A stretch of 64,000 nucleotides of DNA, from NCBI GenBank assembly GCA_001244265.2, contig CDLV01000010.1, positions 992,001-1,056,000 of the forward strand, read 5' to 3'. Below the pieces are notes generated by a model. The model had not been told where the DNA came from. It worked only from the letters and a program-made list of their open reading frames with translations, and did no database searches. Shown here piece after piece: positions 38,200-52,510 of this stretch (position 1 is the stretch's first letter; each line of letters opens with the position of its first letter). The translations under genes and the position numbers were made by a program. The DNA is from Microbotryum violaceum (lineage: Eukaryota).

Positions 38200-41156
38200 A
38201 TGCAATCGTCGCTACAGTCATTACGCGAATCAGTGCACGACAGCGATTGCATGCTTGAGCTCTCGAACCAGTTGCCGGACTGCTCACTTCCTTCTTCGCC
38301 CCGTCACGGCTCGACTTGTTCGGCCAGGCTCAGTGGCGCCACGAGGTCGTCACAAGAACCCGGCAGTGCGACCCGTAATCTTATTGAGGAATCACAATCG
38401 CGCCGCCACGCGTCGTCACGCTCCGTCACCCGTCCACGCTCCAACTTCTCGCGCCCGGACTCCGTCACATCCACCCGGCCCACTACGCCTGAGCTTCGTC
38501 ACCCGTCGCGTGCACCATCGAAACAGTCATTACAGCACAACTTTTCTACTCCCAGCATCTCGACGAGTGATTCTTGGGATGAAGATGAAACCCCTTACAG
38601 TCAAGCTCGACAACGTCTCGATGTATATTCGCAATACATCGCCAGCCAATACGACGGCGAGGACGACAATCTGGCTCACGCTTGCTCCGAGCTCGGCCCA
38701 GCCTCGAGCGGATACGCGGCTTCGCACGACGACCGTCGCGTCAATACCGAATCCAAGCCCTTCGATATCCACGTCGAATCGGATCTGTACGCAACCTCTG
38801 CGCGAGCCCGCGACTCGGAGCTGCCGAGCGTGTGGTCGAGCCGCGAGGTGCAAGCGCTGGCTGACGAGATGCCGCAACCCCCTCATTTGCGCAAGTGGCT
38901 GAGCGACCTTGCCGCGCTCAATGCGAGCCCACAAGATCAAGAGGTGCCCGTGTCGTCGTCCTCGGTTTGTGACCACCCAAGCTTTCTTGATGTGTTCTTT
39001 TGTACTGCTGCTTACGGTCTTCTGGGTCGACGCGAACAGATCCGTGGTTACGGCTCGCTCCTCTCGGACGCTGCATCCCTCATCTCGGAAGCGACAAACT
39101 CGAGAGTGGTCGACTCGCTCTTCCGAACAGCTCCAGAAGCAACGCCGCGTAGTGCCTGGTCTTTGGCGTCTTGTAGCTCCCGGGAGTTGGAAGATGATCC
39201 ACTTTTACCCGGGGATTATTCGTTCGATACCGAAGAGCCCTCGGGGTACCTCGAGAATGTCTCTGAAGCCACGGATGAAGCATCATCGAGGTAGGTCTCA
39301 CGCGCTCGGTGGAGTACATGCCATGATTTCTGATATCTCTGTCTACATTCAGCATCATTCATGCTAAGCAAGTGAGCGCGTTCCAAAGCGAATCCACTCT
39401 GAGTGGGTCCTTGGCATCCCTCCCTGCCAAGGGAACCGGCGTGTGGCGTCTCGTCTCGCTCGCGCTCGCTGTTGGTTGGACGGTGACGATCGCTCGGTCA
39501 TACTGGATTTCCGACCGGGCTGCTCTCGAAGAAGCCGCTCAAGCTCTATCAGCAATCCTGCTCGAAGAGGTTGCTGTGTCCATGATCAGCGCGCCCGCTG
39601 AAGAAGTCGTCGTTGCAGCCCTACCAGGCGATACCGAGTCACCTTCAACTATGCTCTTGATCACGCTCGTCTTCGGTGCCGTCATCATCCCGTTCATGAC
39701 TGCGCACCACCGGCAACAACCCAAGGGTGAATTCAGCCCCCCCGAAAAAGGTTCTTCCGAGGCTGAAAATGCCGACTGCATGACCGAGGCCATTGAGGCG
39801 TACACTCGCGGGCACTTGCATAAGGCAAAGGCATTGTTCGAGCGTGTGGCGACGGGCACACCGGAGCAAAATCGTGACGCTCTCGAGTTCCAAGCTCGCA
39901 CCTTGTACAGGATAGGTCGCGTACAGGATTCGGAGAAATGCTACAGCGAGGCTTGGGAGCTCTTCCACCGCGTCATCGAGACGGACAAGCTGTCCGGATG
40001 CGAATCAAGCAGCGCGACGGCCAAAGCTAGCATGGGTCGCACCATGTTCCGCCAGGGCAAAGTCGACGGGGCGAGGATCATGCTCGAACAGGCGCTCAGG
40101 CTCGACAGCAAGCTTGCGTACGCGCATGAGTACCTCGCCAAGGTCATCGCTTCGATGCAACTCGGTGCGAAGGGGGAAGTGACGGTCCTCGGTCACCTCA
40201 AAGAAGCGCTTCGGATTGATCCGGACCGATACACCGCGCGTGCTTTCCTTGGCGAATGGCTCCACCTCAACTGCAAGGGTCTGACGGGCAAAAAGACGAC
40301 GACACGTCTGCGACTAGCCGAAGAAGCACTCGAGCACGTCGTCACGACTCGTCCAGACCATGTGTCTGCATATGCTCGACTTGCGCTGCTGGCCCGAACC
40401 CGGGGCGACCGCGAGGCTGAGCTCGCTCACTGGAAGCGAGTGCTTTTCATTCGCGAAGAGGGGTTCTACGATTTTGACCTTTCAAACGAAACGAACGACC
40501 ACGCGCGCGGCGATTTGCTCATCGTTTCGATCTGCCTGGGGCTCAATGTGTCTCGTGAAACCGAACGGCTTGAAAGGATCCGACTCCTAAGCGACGCACT
40601 CTCCAAGCCGTCGAGGGCTAATGCTCTTCTTAGGCTCCTCCAATCAATCGCAATCATCCACACGAGTCGAGACCTGTCCCCGAAAACCGTCAAGATCGTC
40701 TTTGGTGCCGAGAACGGCAAAGTCGCGGCTTCCGACTCGGAGGACAGCAAAACGATCAAGGCCTCTGAGAGCCCCGTCGCGGCCAACACCCGCAGTCGCA
40801 GTCGCAAGAGCTCTGCCAGTGTCGCCATGGCGGTCAAAGAGCCCCTTCAAACACTCGCAACGGCTAAGCAAGTCTTGGAGAACGAAGAGGCATCGCTTCG
40901 AGGCCAGATCAGGCAAGGGACACCCAGGGACAAGGTCGAATTACACGGCTTGTTGGCGCTGGCGCTCTACGGGCTCGGCAAGTCCGCGGAGGCCAAGGAG
41001 CAAGTCAAGTACTACCACTACTGGTTGCAGCTTTACGCAATCGCGACCGACGAAACCGCGGCGACCCCGTCCGACCTAAATGCAACGCAGCGTGAGATGG
41101 CGTTGCGGTGCGAACTGATCGGACGCGCTCTGCTTGAGATGGCGGTGATGACTTAG
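38200..41156 (+). CDS. Hypothetical TPR-repeat protein with two hydrophobic segments and a disordered N-terminus
   Basis: ORFs 38035-39294 and 39372-41156 with TPR-like helices (ARIMLEQALRLD..LAYAHEYLAK; LKEALRIDPDRYTARAFLG). The exon join is inferred. Confidence 0.65.
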
Positions 41157-41398
41157 GAGAATCGGATATTTGCGGCCGTGGCTCATGTAGATCAATCCTG
41201 TCAAGTTCGAGTCTCTCTTCTTAGCACTCTGGAATTCTAGAATTATTAACTATTGCACAAGAGAGAATGGTCGGTCTCGCCTCCCATGCGTAGCGGACGA
41301 ACAAGAAGTATAGAGGGGGAATATAGGAAAGACACCGAGCCACACTTTCTACGAAAGAGCGAAAGCAAGAAGGAAAGGCTATTATGGGGGAGGGTGAT

Positions 41399-44300
41399 CT
41401 AGTTGAGGACGAGCAGCAAGAGCGCCATGCGGACGAACAAACCGTAGCGCATCTGTCGGAAGTAGGCCGCGCGGCGCTGGTCAAAGTCGACTTCGGGGTC
41501 GAGCTCGGCGTTGCGGGGCAAGGGGTGCAGGACGATGCAATTGGGCTTGGCCGAAGCGAGGACCTCGTTGTTGATGATGTACGAGTCCTTGACGGCTTCG
41601 TACTCGACGACGCTGGCGAATCGCTCCTGCTGTGTCCGGGTGACGTAGAGCACGTCGGTGCTGCCAATCACGCTGGCAAGGCTCGTCGTCTCCATCACGG
41701 GTACGCCAGCTTTGATCGCTTCTTCCGTGACCGACTCAGGCATCGACAAGGATGCGGGGGAGACAAAGTTGAGCGAAACCGAGTACTGCGAGAGCAAGCG
41801 CACGAGCGAATGCACCGTGCGGCCGTTCTTGAGGTCTCCGACCATTGTGATCGTCAGGCCGTTGACCGTCCCGAGCTCTTCTCGGATGGTGTAGATATCC
41901 AAGAAGGCCTGTAGGAGGCAATGAAAATATGTCAGCCAATCGGAAATCATAGGACGTCGTTCGGTCTGATGCTTGCCTGAGTAGGATGCTCTCCGATACC
42001 ATCGCCAGCGTTCAGAATCGGCACGGGCGAGAACTTGGCCGCCGTCTGCACCGACCCAGCCGCGGGGTGGCGTAGGACGATGGCGTCACCGTAGCAGCCG
42101 AGCGTTCGGACCGTATCGGCGAGCGATTCACCCTTCGTGACCGACGATGTCTCGGGTGTGATCGCGACGACCTGGCCGCCGAGTCGGCACATGGCCGCCT
42201 CGAACGAACTCGACGTCCGGGTCGAGGGCTCGTAGAAGAGCGTGCAGAGCACTCGGCCCCGGAGCAAGTCAACGGGCACTTGTCGCTCGACGAGCATGCG
42301 CAATTCGGAGGCCACACCGAACAAGGCGTGCAGGTCGTCTCGGTTGAAGGAGCGAACCGACAAGACGTGCCTCCGGGAGAACACCGAGGACGATTGCGAC
42401 AAGAGTGTCGTCAGCGAAGAGGTCGGAGAGGCACCGCGCGTAGCCACCACTGCCGAGCTAGCGGCGTGCTGCAACGACAGACCCATGAGGCTGGGCTGGA
42501 GCCCACCGTCGTTGCCATCGAGTCGCGGTGACTTGCTACCCACGAGTTTCGGCGACTTGGTCAGGGCCTGGCTCGAGGCCGACTGAACGACGGGGAAAGA
42601 AGGGTTGACGTCGAACGGCTTGCTCGGGAAGCCCAGCGACTGGAGGGAGGGACGAGCCGACGACATGGAGAAGCGGGCTAACTTGCGGTCCGACTTAGGA
42701 GCACCGGCCAGAGCCGAGATGTTGCGGCCGCCGGCGGGTCGGGTGGGGAAGAAGGTGCCGTCAAGGAAGGCCGTGTCGCCACGGAGCACGACTCGGTGGA
42801 TTGCACCGGCCACGGACTGGCCCTCGAGGGGCGACCAATAGGAGCGGCGAGCGAACGTCGTCGCTCGGTCGATCTCGACCTCAACGTAGGTATTGGCCAC
42901 GGCCGCGGGCAAATCAAAGATCGCACGAGGGTTATCGGACAAACGAGCGGTGAGGTCTTCGATCGTTAAGCGGCCGTCTTGGACGGCGGAGAGCAACATG
43001 AGCGTCGACTCTTCCATACCCGAGCGGGGCGAGTAGGGCAAGCCGAGCTCGGTCGCCAAGCGGTAAGGGAGGGCGCCGACCGAAAAGGTATCGATGGTCG
43101 CCATGTTGCTCCAGAGCGCGGCTTGGTCGGCCGCCGACGGCAGGCAGGTCGCCTTGGGGTACGCCTCGGCGGACAGGAAGAGCGAATAAACGGACACGTC
43201 GCAGGTGACCTTGAGCTCCTTCTCCTTGCTGAGCGCGATAAGCGCGATGTCGGCTTGCGACTGCACGTTGCTGACGTGGACACTGCGGCCGTGGAGACTT
43301 GCGACGAGAAGTACCGAGGCGAGGTCGACGGTCTTGGCGTCGGTCACAATCGGCTTGTTAAGGGGCCAAACCGAGAAGTGGGCCGAGATCTGCAATATCA
43401 AATGTAAGGTGGGGTCAGCTCTGGGTTCAAAGCACTGCCGTCCTCTGCAATCCCACTTACTGCCGAAACCTTGTTGGCCGCATCCGAAAGCTTGGTGAAG
43501 GGCAAAAAGAGACTACGCGCGGACTGGATGAGCTCGGCATTCATCCTCGTCGAGTTGTCGACGGTGGCGGCGATGCTGAGAGCGTAGTCGCAGTGGGCGT
43601 GGCCCGCGGCGTTCGCCTCGGCAAAATCGAGCGTCAAGGCGTCTTCGACACTCAACGAGGTACCGATCGGCAGGAGTTGCACAGTCGTGAAGCCGCCGGC
43701 GAGGGCGGCCTCGGTGGCTTGCTCAATCTCGACCGATCCGGTAGATGCAACGGCGATGTTGGGAATGAACGTGCGGGTGTTGATGAAACCAGGAAGCGTG
43801 ATCGTGCGGTGCGACGTCTGAAAGTCGACGCTCGAAATCTTGAGACTGGGTCGGCGTGCCAAGGCCTCAATCAAGAGTTTGGCGCACTTGACATTCGTGA
43901 CGAGCGGGACGGCAAAGTCGACAGCCATACGACGCGAGCGGTAACCCTTGGACATGTAGCTCGCGGGCCGGCGGTATCGGTTTTTGGACGGCAAGTTGAT
44001 GTACAAATCGATGAGGTTGTTAGCGATGTGCTGGTTGAGCGAATACTCGGACTTTTGCGCGTCGTCAACCTCGAGCGCTTCAAGGTATTTTACGGGCACG
44101 CCGTGCTCCTGCAGGAAATCCGAGGTACCGGCGGTCGCAAAGATGTTATAGCCGAGCGTGTGAAGCTTCTGCACCGAGGGGAGCATCTCGAGCTTTTCCT
44201 TGAAGGAACCGATCGAGAAGAGCACATTTTTCTTGGGCATGGTCATGCCCGTCGAGAGTAGCGCCTTGAGATAAGCCTCGTACTTGTCCTTGCCGAAGCA

Positions 44301-47300
44301 AGCGACCTCACCGGTCGACGCCATTTCGACACCGAGAATGGGGTCGGCGCCGGCAAGACGACCGAATGAGAACTGCGGCACCTTGATTCCAACGTAGTCG
44401 GCGGGCATCGTCGACTGTGGGTATGGCTCGACGGGCAAGCCGAGCATGACGTCCGTGGCCAACTCTATGGCGTCGATACCCGTGACCTTGGAGACGAAGG
44501 GGTATGATCGAGCAGCGCGAACGTTGCACTCGATGACCTTGATCTCGTTGTTCTTGGCGATGAACCTGTTGGAAGGCTCACAGTAGGTCAGTAAGTGTCA
44601 ACCGCACGCCAGAGCGGTGCGGGCCCGGAACTAACTGGATGTTGAAAGGTCCGCTGACGTTGAGCGAGGCGGCGATCTTGGCCGTAGCGACCTCGATGCG
44701 GCGCACGGTCTCGGGGTCGAGATCCTGAGGGGGCAAGATCAAGGTGGCATCTCCAGAGTGCACACCAGCGTTCTCGACGTGCTCCGAGATGTAGTGCATG
44801 ACGAGCTTTCCGTCGCGCGCGACGGCGTCCATCTCGATCTCCTTGGCCTCTTCAATGTACTTGGTGACGACGACGGGGTACTCTCGCGAGACGGCCGAGG
44901 CGAGGCTGAGGTAGGCGTTGAGGTCGTCGCTCGAGTAGACGACGTTCATGGCGGCGCCAGAGAGCACGTACGAAGGTCGGACGAGGACGGGGTAGCCGAC
45001 CTTGTCGCAGAACTCGTGCGCGGCATCGATCGTCGACAACTCCTTCCACAGCGGTTGGTCGACGCCGATCTTGTCAAGCATGCGCGAGAACTTGTAGCGG
45101 TTCTCGGCCATGTCTATCATCTCGGGCGAGGTACCGAGGATCTTCACGCCTTGGCGGTGCAGAGGCAGAGCGATGTTGTTCGAGGTTTGACCTCCCATCG
45201 ATACGACGACACCCGACGAGGCTTCGACCTCGTAAATATCGAGGATCGTCTCGAGGCTGATGACCTCAAAGTACAGGCGATCAGCCTCGTCGTAATCGGT
45301 CGAGACGGTCTCGGGGTTGTAGTTGACCATGACAGTTTTGAAGCCACGGTCGCGGATCGTGCGGATCGCACGCACGGCGCACCAATCGAACTCGACAGAG
45401 GAACCGATACGGTACACACCCGAACCAAGAACCATGATACCCTTGTCCTCAAACTTAACGTCATGCGCGGCGGCGTTGTACGTCGTATAGAGGTAGTTGG
45501 TGAAGCAAGGGAACTCAGCGGCAACAGTATCGATCTGTTTGACGCAAGGCGTGATGCCAAAGTCAGTGCGCACGCGGCGCACGGCAAGCTCGTTCGAGCC
45601 GAGCAACTTGGCGAGCTGCGCATCGGCGAAACCCATCTGCTTGGCGTGGCGCAAGAGAAGCGCCGGGATCTGCGTTGCCGAGAACTTGGAGACGATACGT
45701 TCAATGTCAACGATGTGCTCGAGCTTGCGCAAAAACCACTTGTCGATCTTGGTCAGGTCGTGAATCTCCTCGACCGTGCGGCCCGAGTGCATCGCGTTGG
45801 CGATCGCGAACACGCGTTGATCGGAGGGGTTCTTCAACTCCTCGTCAATGTCCTGGCTGAATGAGTTCTTGCCGAAACCGGCGAACGAAGGGTCGATCGC
45901 GCGGATAGCCTTCTGCATCGTCTCTTCAAACGTTTTGCCGATAGCCATGACCTCACCGACAGACTTCATCGACGAAGAAAGCGCGGTCGAGACGCGGGTG
46001 AACTTCTTGAGATCCCATCGAGGAATCTTGACGACGATGTAGTCGAGCGAAGGCTCGAAGCAGGCCGAGGTGTTCTTAGTGACCGAGTTACGGATCTCGT
46101 TGAGCGGAATGTTAAGACCGAGCTTGGCGGCGATGAACGCGAGCGGGTACCCGGTGGCCTTGGAAGCGAGTGCGGACGAGCGCGAGAGACGCGCGTTGAC
46201 CTCGATGATGCAGTACTCTTGCGAGTGCGGGTTGAGCGCGTATTGAATGTTGCACTCTCCGACGACGCCAAGATGGCGGATGACGTTGACAGCCGTCGTG
46301 CGCAGCATGTTGTAATCCGAGTCGGACAGGGTTTGCGACGGCGCAACGACGATCGAGTCACCTGTGTGGATACCGAGAGGGTCAAAGTTCTGCAAGAGGG
46401 GTGAGCAAAGAACCATGTCAGTCATTCGCTTGGCACCAAGCGCACTGCGCCGAGAAGACTCACCTCCATGTTGCACACGGTGATGCAATTGTCGCGACAA
46501 TCACGCACGACCTCGTACTCGATCTCCTTCCAGCCCTTCATCGACTTCTCGACGAGCACCTGCGACGATGTGGCAAAAGCCTTGGTGCAGAGCTCGACGA
46601 GCTCGGACTCGTTGTAAGCGAAACCGGAACCGAGACCTCCGAGGGCGAAAGCGGCGCGGACGATGATGGGGTACCCGATCACGGTCGCGGCCCTGACGGC
46701 TTCGTCGACAGTCACGGCCGAAGCGGACTGGGCGCATTTTTCGCCAATTTCCTCCATCGCGGAAGCGAAAAGCTCACGATCTTCGGTCGTTATGATCGTC
46801 TCGATCGGAGTACCGAGGACCTTGACGCCGAGACCGGCGAACTCATCCTTGAGCTTGATACCGACCGAAAGGGCGGTTTGACCACCGAAGGTGCAGTAGA
46901 TACCGTCCGGTCGCTCGTGCTCGATGACCTTGCGGACGGAGTCAGCCGTGACGGGCAAGAAGTAGACCTTGTCAGCGAGACCCTTGGACGTCTGAATCGT
47001 CGCGATGTTGGGGTTGATCAGGACCGTGTAAATTCCCTCTTCCTTCAAAGCCTTGATCGCCTGACTACCCGAGTAGTCGAACTCTCCGGCTTGACCGATG
47101 GAAAGACCACCGGAACCAAGAACGAGGACCTTGCGGACGTCGACGCGGGGCGCCTTGGCCGCGTTCTCGGCCGCATCACCTCCGGGGAAGCTGACGGCGC
47201 CGACGAGTTGCTTGCCCGCCGACACGAAGCTCTTCTGGATCGCACCAATGAAGGTGTCAAAGAGGAACTCGGTGTCGCGGGGACCGGGGGCGGACTCGGG

Positions 47301-48826
47301 GTGGAACTGGACCGAGAAGAACGGGCGCTCGGTCGAGTAGATGCCTTCGTTGGAGCCGTCGTTGGCGTTGACGAAGAGCTCCTTCCAACCTTGCTTAAGC
47401 GTGGCCGTGTCGACAGCGTAACCGTGGTTCTGCGAGGTGATGTAGCATCGACCGCTAACGAGCGAGGTGCAAGGGATGTTGGCACCTCGGTTGCCGTACT
47501 TGAGCTTGAGGGTGCTTGCACCACTGGCTCGGGCGAGCAATTGGTGGCCGAGACAGATCCCAAAAATGGGGAAGTTGCCGAGCTCGATCGCCTTGGCGAG
47601 GACGGTTGTCGTCGCGGTCAAGGTGGCCGGGTCACCGGGGCCGTTTGACAGGAACAACCCATCAAAGGGCTCTTCAGTCGGGGTGAGATAGTTGTAGTCG
47701 TACGGGACGACCTTGAGCTCGACGCCTCGCTTGGTGAAGCATCGAATCTGGTTGTACTTCATGCCGACGTCGACGCAAAGGACTCGCAGGGCCCGGCCCG
47801 ACGGGTGCAATAGGGGCTTGACGGTGCCGTCGGGCTCATAGAGGGTCGCCTTGCGAGTCGACACGGCACCAACGAGGTTGTCGCCATTGGGGTCGTGGTA
47901 CTCGATTTTTTCATACGCCTTGCGCCATTCGGCACCGGACGAGAGTGCTTCGGCACCGGCGACGGGCGCTGAAAGACGACCGATGGTGCTGCCTCGTTCG
48001 CGCAACTTTTTGGTGAGGTCACGCGTGTCGACACCAAAGATGGCGGGAACGCCTTCCTCCTTGAGCCATTCGGCGAGCTCGGTTTTGGCGGCGTGATTGG
48101 AGAAATCTTCACCTGCGCCCGAGTAGTTGCCGACAACCAAACCGGCGACGTGAATTTTGTAAGATTCAAACTCGCTCGGCAACTTGGCAGGGTCGACGAC
48201 ACCCTTGGACGGCCGCGCGGGAACACCGTACGAGCCGATGAGCGGGTAGGTCAAAATGAGAATTTGGCCGGCGTACGAGGGGTCGGTCAAGGACTCGGGG
48301 TATCCAACCATGCCTGAGTGGTGTTAGGTCAGATAGCGGAGGAAGGGCGCGACGCGAGCGAGGACGGAGAAAGCAAATTCACAGGAGACGAGACGTGTCG
48401 TGTCAGCTTGGAATGATCATAGCATTCCAAAAAATACCATACTCTCGTGGACTGACCGGTCTGGAACACACACTCTCCAGCAATGGACTTTTCGGCGCCG
48501 AAAGAGAAGCCTTCGTACGCGCTGCCGTCGGCAAGTTCGAGCAGCATCTTCTTGGTCGAGACATGGTTCGAACTCGACTCCGAGGTAGGCGCGAACTGGT
48601 GCTTGATCTCGGCCGTGGTCGGGTAGGTCGTCGGGGGTACGGGTTGACCGAACGGCCTGGTCGCGTCGGGGGAGAGCGAACGTACGGCGGAGGACGAGGT
48701 GACGGCCGCGGATGAGGCAGCACCGGCCAAGGGGGACGAGGCCGGGTTGGAGCTGGGCGAGGCCGTCGGACGCAGGGGAGGCGAGCGAGCCGAAGCCGGG
48801 TCGAATTCGAACGAGGAGGTGCTCAT
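41399..48826 (-). CDS. URA2: Multifunctional carbamoyl-phosphate synthase / pseudo-dihydroorotase / aspartate transcarbamylase
   Basis: GATase ([20 protein letters not shown]); CPS ([45 protein letters not shown]); ATCase ([29 protein letters not shown]). Confidence 0.98.
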
Positions 48827-49613
48827 CGTGCGGTCGAGCCTAGTTGCGACGGCGGTGGGGAGGGGAGGAGAGTTGCGGGAGACTTTTCGGTACGGCGCGC
48901 CGGGCGGGTTGCGAAGGGGTGGAAAGCGGAAGGAGATGCGCGGTGTGAGCGATCAATGGAGACGCGTGCGCGAAAACGTCAGGAAAGTATACACACAAGC
49001 TGAAAGCGAAGACGACAAAGGGATAGCCGATCCGAGGTCCCGCTCGTTCGTCCTCAACTGTCGCATGAGCTTGGAGCAGCAGAGGAGTAGGGGAGACGAC
49101 AACCGAAGGCGCCTCAGCAGGGCCAGCTCTAGCTGAGCTAGCGCACTGAAGTGGCAGCGAGCCGTGGCGCGAGCCGTGGCGCAAGCCAGGCGCGTGTTGA
49201 GCTCGGACCCATGACGCAGCTTGCCGTTCCTGCATGCAGACCGGCTTCAGAGCTTTGAGTCACTGTAGAGCTTAGTCGATTGGATCTCTGGCAGCTGCAG
49301 AGGATGCCAAGGCCGCGACAAAAAGTTGTATATGCAGTCAGTTAGGAGTGCCGCTTCCAACAACCAAGAACCCAAGAAGCCGGGAAGATTCGTCAAGATG
49401 CCATCAACACGGTGTCACGTCCGTCCCAATTCACGTAGCCAGCCAAGTCTCTGCTGCCCGACCGGTGCCCCGACCGTGCCCGACGCTGCCCGACGCTGCC
49501 CGACGCGGAGAGACGCGGACTGGCGCGCGCGTCGGGGCCGGGGGGGCTTGGTAATCTCTCCCTCTCCTGCCCACCAGCCCCCACCGATCTCCGAGTCCGA
49601 AGCGCCGACCAAG

Positions 49614-51114
49614 ATGTCCGAGTTGGCTACTACGCCTCTTCGTTCTTCTCGTCCCTCGGCTCTCGATCCGGCGCAATCGACTCCGCTCCTGCCCACGAGC
49701 CCATCCTCACCCGTTGCTGCACTGACCGAGTCGGCCAAGAAAGCGGTCTCGTTCGCTGCTGCCCCAGTCACGTCGGAACCTTCATCGGCCTCGTCATCGT
49801 CGTCATCGTCGTCATCGCCAATTTCGTCAGCCTCGAACGCGATCTCGTCCTCGATTCTGAACGCGACCTCAGCTTCTGCCTCTCCATCCACGTCCAAGCA
49901 CGCGTCCTTGTCCGACACGCCTTCCAACCCCGCGAGTCTCACGCCCCAACCCAAGCGCCGTCGATCGTCCCTGAAAGCCGGCACCAAGATGCCCGTCCAA
50001 CCACCGCCAGAACATTGGAAACACGCCGACCCTTTGCTGCGTCGATTACGTCTCCGTGACCCCCTCAACAAGGGCCACTATGCGAACCTGCAGCACACCT
50101 TCCGCGATGCCAAGGTTGTGCTCTTTATGTTTGGGTCAGTTGGGCTCGCATGCGCCCGCCCTCACTGCTCTTCAAACTCACGCTGATGTTGTGCCGTTAT
50201 CGATTCATAGATCAACATGGCCTGGAATGAGTAGAGAACCGTACCAGGTAGGCCCTAATCCATACGGCGTCATCTCTCACGCTCGAACCTATCTCTGACG
50301 CGAATCACTCGCCACCGCCCGCCACATCCACGCCCACATCCACAACCTCTCCTATCTCTTTGTCCCTCAGCTGGTCGAACGCTTCGCAAGGGAGAACCCG
50401 CACCGGTGTAAAGTCGTCTACGTCTCGGTCGATACCTCGGAAGCGACCTTCAACTCTCAGATTCAGGGTAAACCATGGCTAGCGATGGAGTGAGTGCAGG
50501 CGGACCGTCGATTCTGCCGAGCTCGGGTGTGATCCTGATCAGTTAGGCTCGACGTTCTGATCGTTCCAGATGGAACGACGGTTCGAACCTCTCCGAAGGG
50601 AGCGATTCAAGTGACCACGGGGTGCCTTCCGAACCTTTCCTCCTCGCAGGTGACACCGATCTTGAAGAAGACCTCCACCACAGTGACCCTCAAGGATCCC
50701 TCTACACCCGTCCTTATTCGCGCGTGTTCTTGGCGGAGAAGCACGGCGTTTTGGGGGTGCCGAACTTGTTGGTCTACCATTTGGAGAAGAGGGAGGTGTT
50801 GACGACGCATGCGAGGTTCGATTTGTTGAAGCCGGAACGGTGGCAGGGGACGTGGGAGAAGTGGGAGAGGGGGGAAAAGATTAGCTTCAGTTTGGGCGGT
50901 GAGTATTCGAAATATTGGGTGCTCATGGTTCTTTATCGGTCGACTGACGCGCGCTCATTCATCCACAGACGTATTCGGAGCAATGAAGTGGACACTGGCT
51001 TTCGCCGCGGCGGGGACGGCTTACCTCGCTGCGGTGCATTTGGGTGGTGCACCAAATCTGATCCGTGGCTACACCGAAACCTTGTCACGAACGTTCTTGA
51101 CGAGGGGCGCATGA
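49614..51114 (+). CDS. Thioredoxin-fold (nucleoredoxin-like) protein with a Ser-rich N-terminus and a C-terminal hydrophobic segment, multi-exon
   Basis: KVVLFMFG, KVVYVSVD.SE..F, KPWLAMEW, GVLGVPNLLVY; no CxxC found. Confidence 0.65.
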
Positions 51115-51383
51115 TACTGAGATGGGAGTGTAGAATGTGTGTTGAGGTGTCGTTTTCTTCGGAGTAACCCTTTCCTCCGTGTGCAAGATCAGCTGGCTTG
51201 GTTCCTTCTCTTCCACAACCCGAATATTCCAAAAGTGCAGTGATGTTGATCCGTATTGCAAGGAGGAACAGACGAGAGGGAAAGGGAATAGAACGTCGTC
51301 GGACGAAGACGAGAAGAAGAAAAGGGGAGGGGGACCCTTTGTATTACACCACGACACACAGCCCAAATGATACCTTATCCTGT

Positions 51384-52510
51384 TTAGATGGATTCCATTT
51401 GTTGGACAACCTGTTGAGAACGAATCGTCAGTAAACCGCATTAAATGTCCAAAGTTGGAAACGCGTTTGGCGTACCTCGTCGAGTTCGCGCTTGGCCTGG
51501 TTGTACTTCTCCAGCGCCTCCTCGGCCTTCTTCTCCATGTGGTCTCGTTCCTGCTCGACCCGTGCGACCTGTCGTTCAAAGTGTTCGGCCTTGACATCGA
51601 CTTGGCGCAGTCTGGACGTCAACGAAAATTTTCGGTCAGTCATCTGCATCCATCGGCGAGTTGCGGTTTGCGAAAAAGCACTCAACTTGTCGGTGGTCTC
51701 CTTCAACTGCTTCTCGGCATTATCCAACTCCCCTTCCAAAAGTGCGACCTTCCTCGACAGACTCTCGACCGAGGACTTGTGTTGTTCCGAATCCTCCGAG
51801 ACGGACTTGTGTTCGCCGAGTTTGGTCTCGAGCTTGTCGAGGTCGGCTTCGAGGTTCTGGATCTTGTGGGTGAGGGACACGATCTCTTGGTCTTTGGTCA
51901 TGAGTTCGTGGTCGAGTTGCTTGTTCTTGGCCTCGGCTCTGATGGTGGAGCGGCGCGATGCGGAGTAGAGTCAGCTGGTGGTCGTTGCGGTAGCTGACTA
52001 TCGACTAGCGCTGGCTGTGGCTGCGGCTGCAGGCTCCACGTCATGGGACCCGACAGCGACGACGCCTGAACCGATCCACAGAAGGACGGCTCTACACTCC
52101 TCCGTCGTTCGACCGCATCCTTGCACCCCGCAAGTGAGTAGCAAACCATTGCACCCGCACCGCCATGCCACTGTCCCCAAGATCTACCCTCATTCACGTG
52201 AGACGCGTCATAACTCAACGCGCCCCTCGCGACGAGAGAATGCACTCACGCCTCTGCTCTCGCATAAGCGGCATCAGCCTCGGCTCGCAAAGACGCCAAT
52301 TTCTAAGGGCGACGACGGGGTGTACAGGGTCAGCTGATGTCGGCGAGGAGGTACGTGCGCGTGGGTTTGTTGGGGTCCGTGTAAGGGACGAGCGGTGGAG
52401 AGGAACTGACCTCCTTGATCTTGTCCTGGAGTGGGGGGGAGACGGGGTAGGGTCTGGGTCAGCTCTGGAGGGGGCAGAGTGAGAACTGGGTGTAAGGTGA
52501 GGCTGACCAT
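51384..52510 (-). CDS. TPM1: Tropomyosin (fungal, Cdc8/Tpm1-like), about 6 exons
   Basis: Spliced product M|DKIKE|KLASLRAEADAAYARAEA|AEAKNKQL...KDQEIVSLTHK...ETTDK|LRQVDVKAEHFERQV...ELDE|VVQQMESI*. Confidence 0.9.

Noticed and set aside
42700-43810. URA2 dihydroorotase domain lacks the metal-binding HxH motif (PGFINTRTF)
   Set aside because: An inactive pseudo-DHO domain is the normal state of fungal Ura2.
44758-47648. Long antisense ORFs opposite URA2 (also opposite other genes and TEs)
   Set aside because: Expected shadow ORFs of GC-rich, codon-biased coding sequence.
51940-52249. Unusually long (~310 nt) tropomyosin intron as a possible snoRNA host or alternative exon
   Set aside because: No convincing C/D or H/ACA boxes and no coiled-coil-like alternative exon seen.
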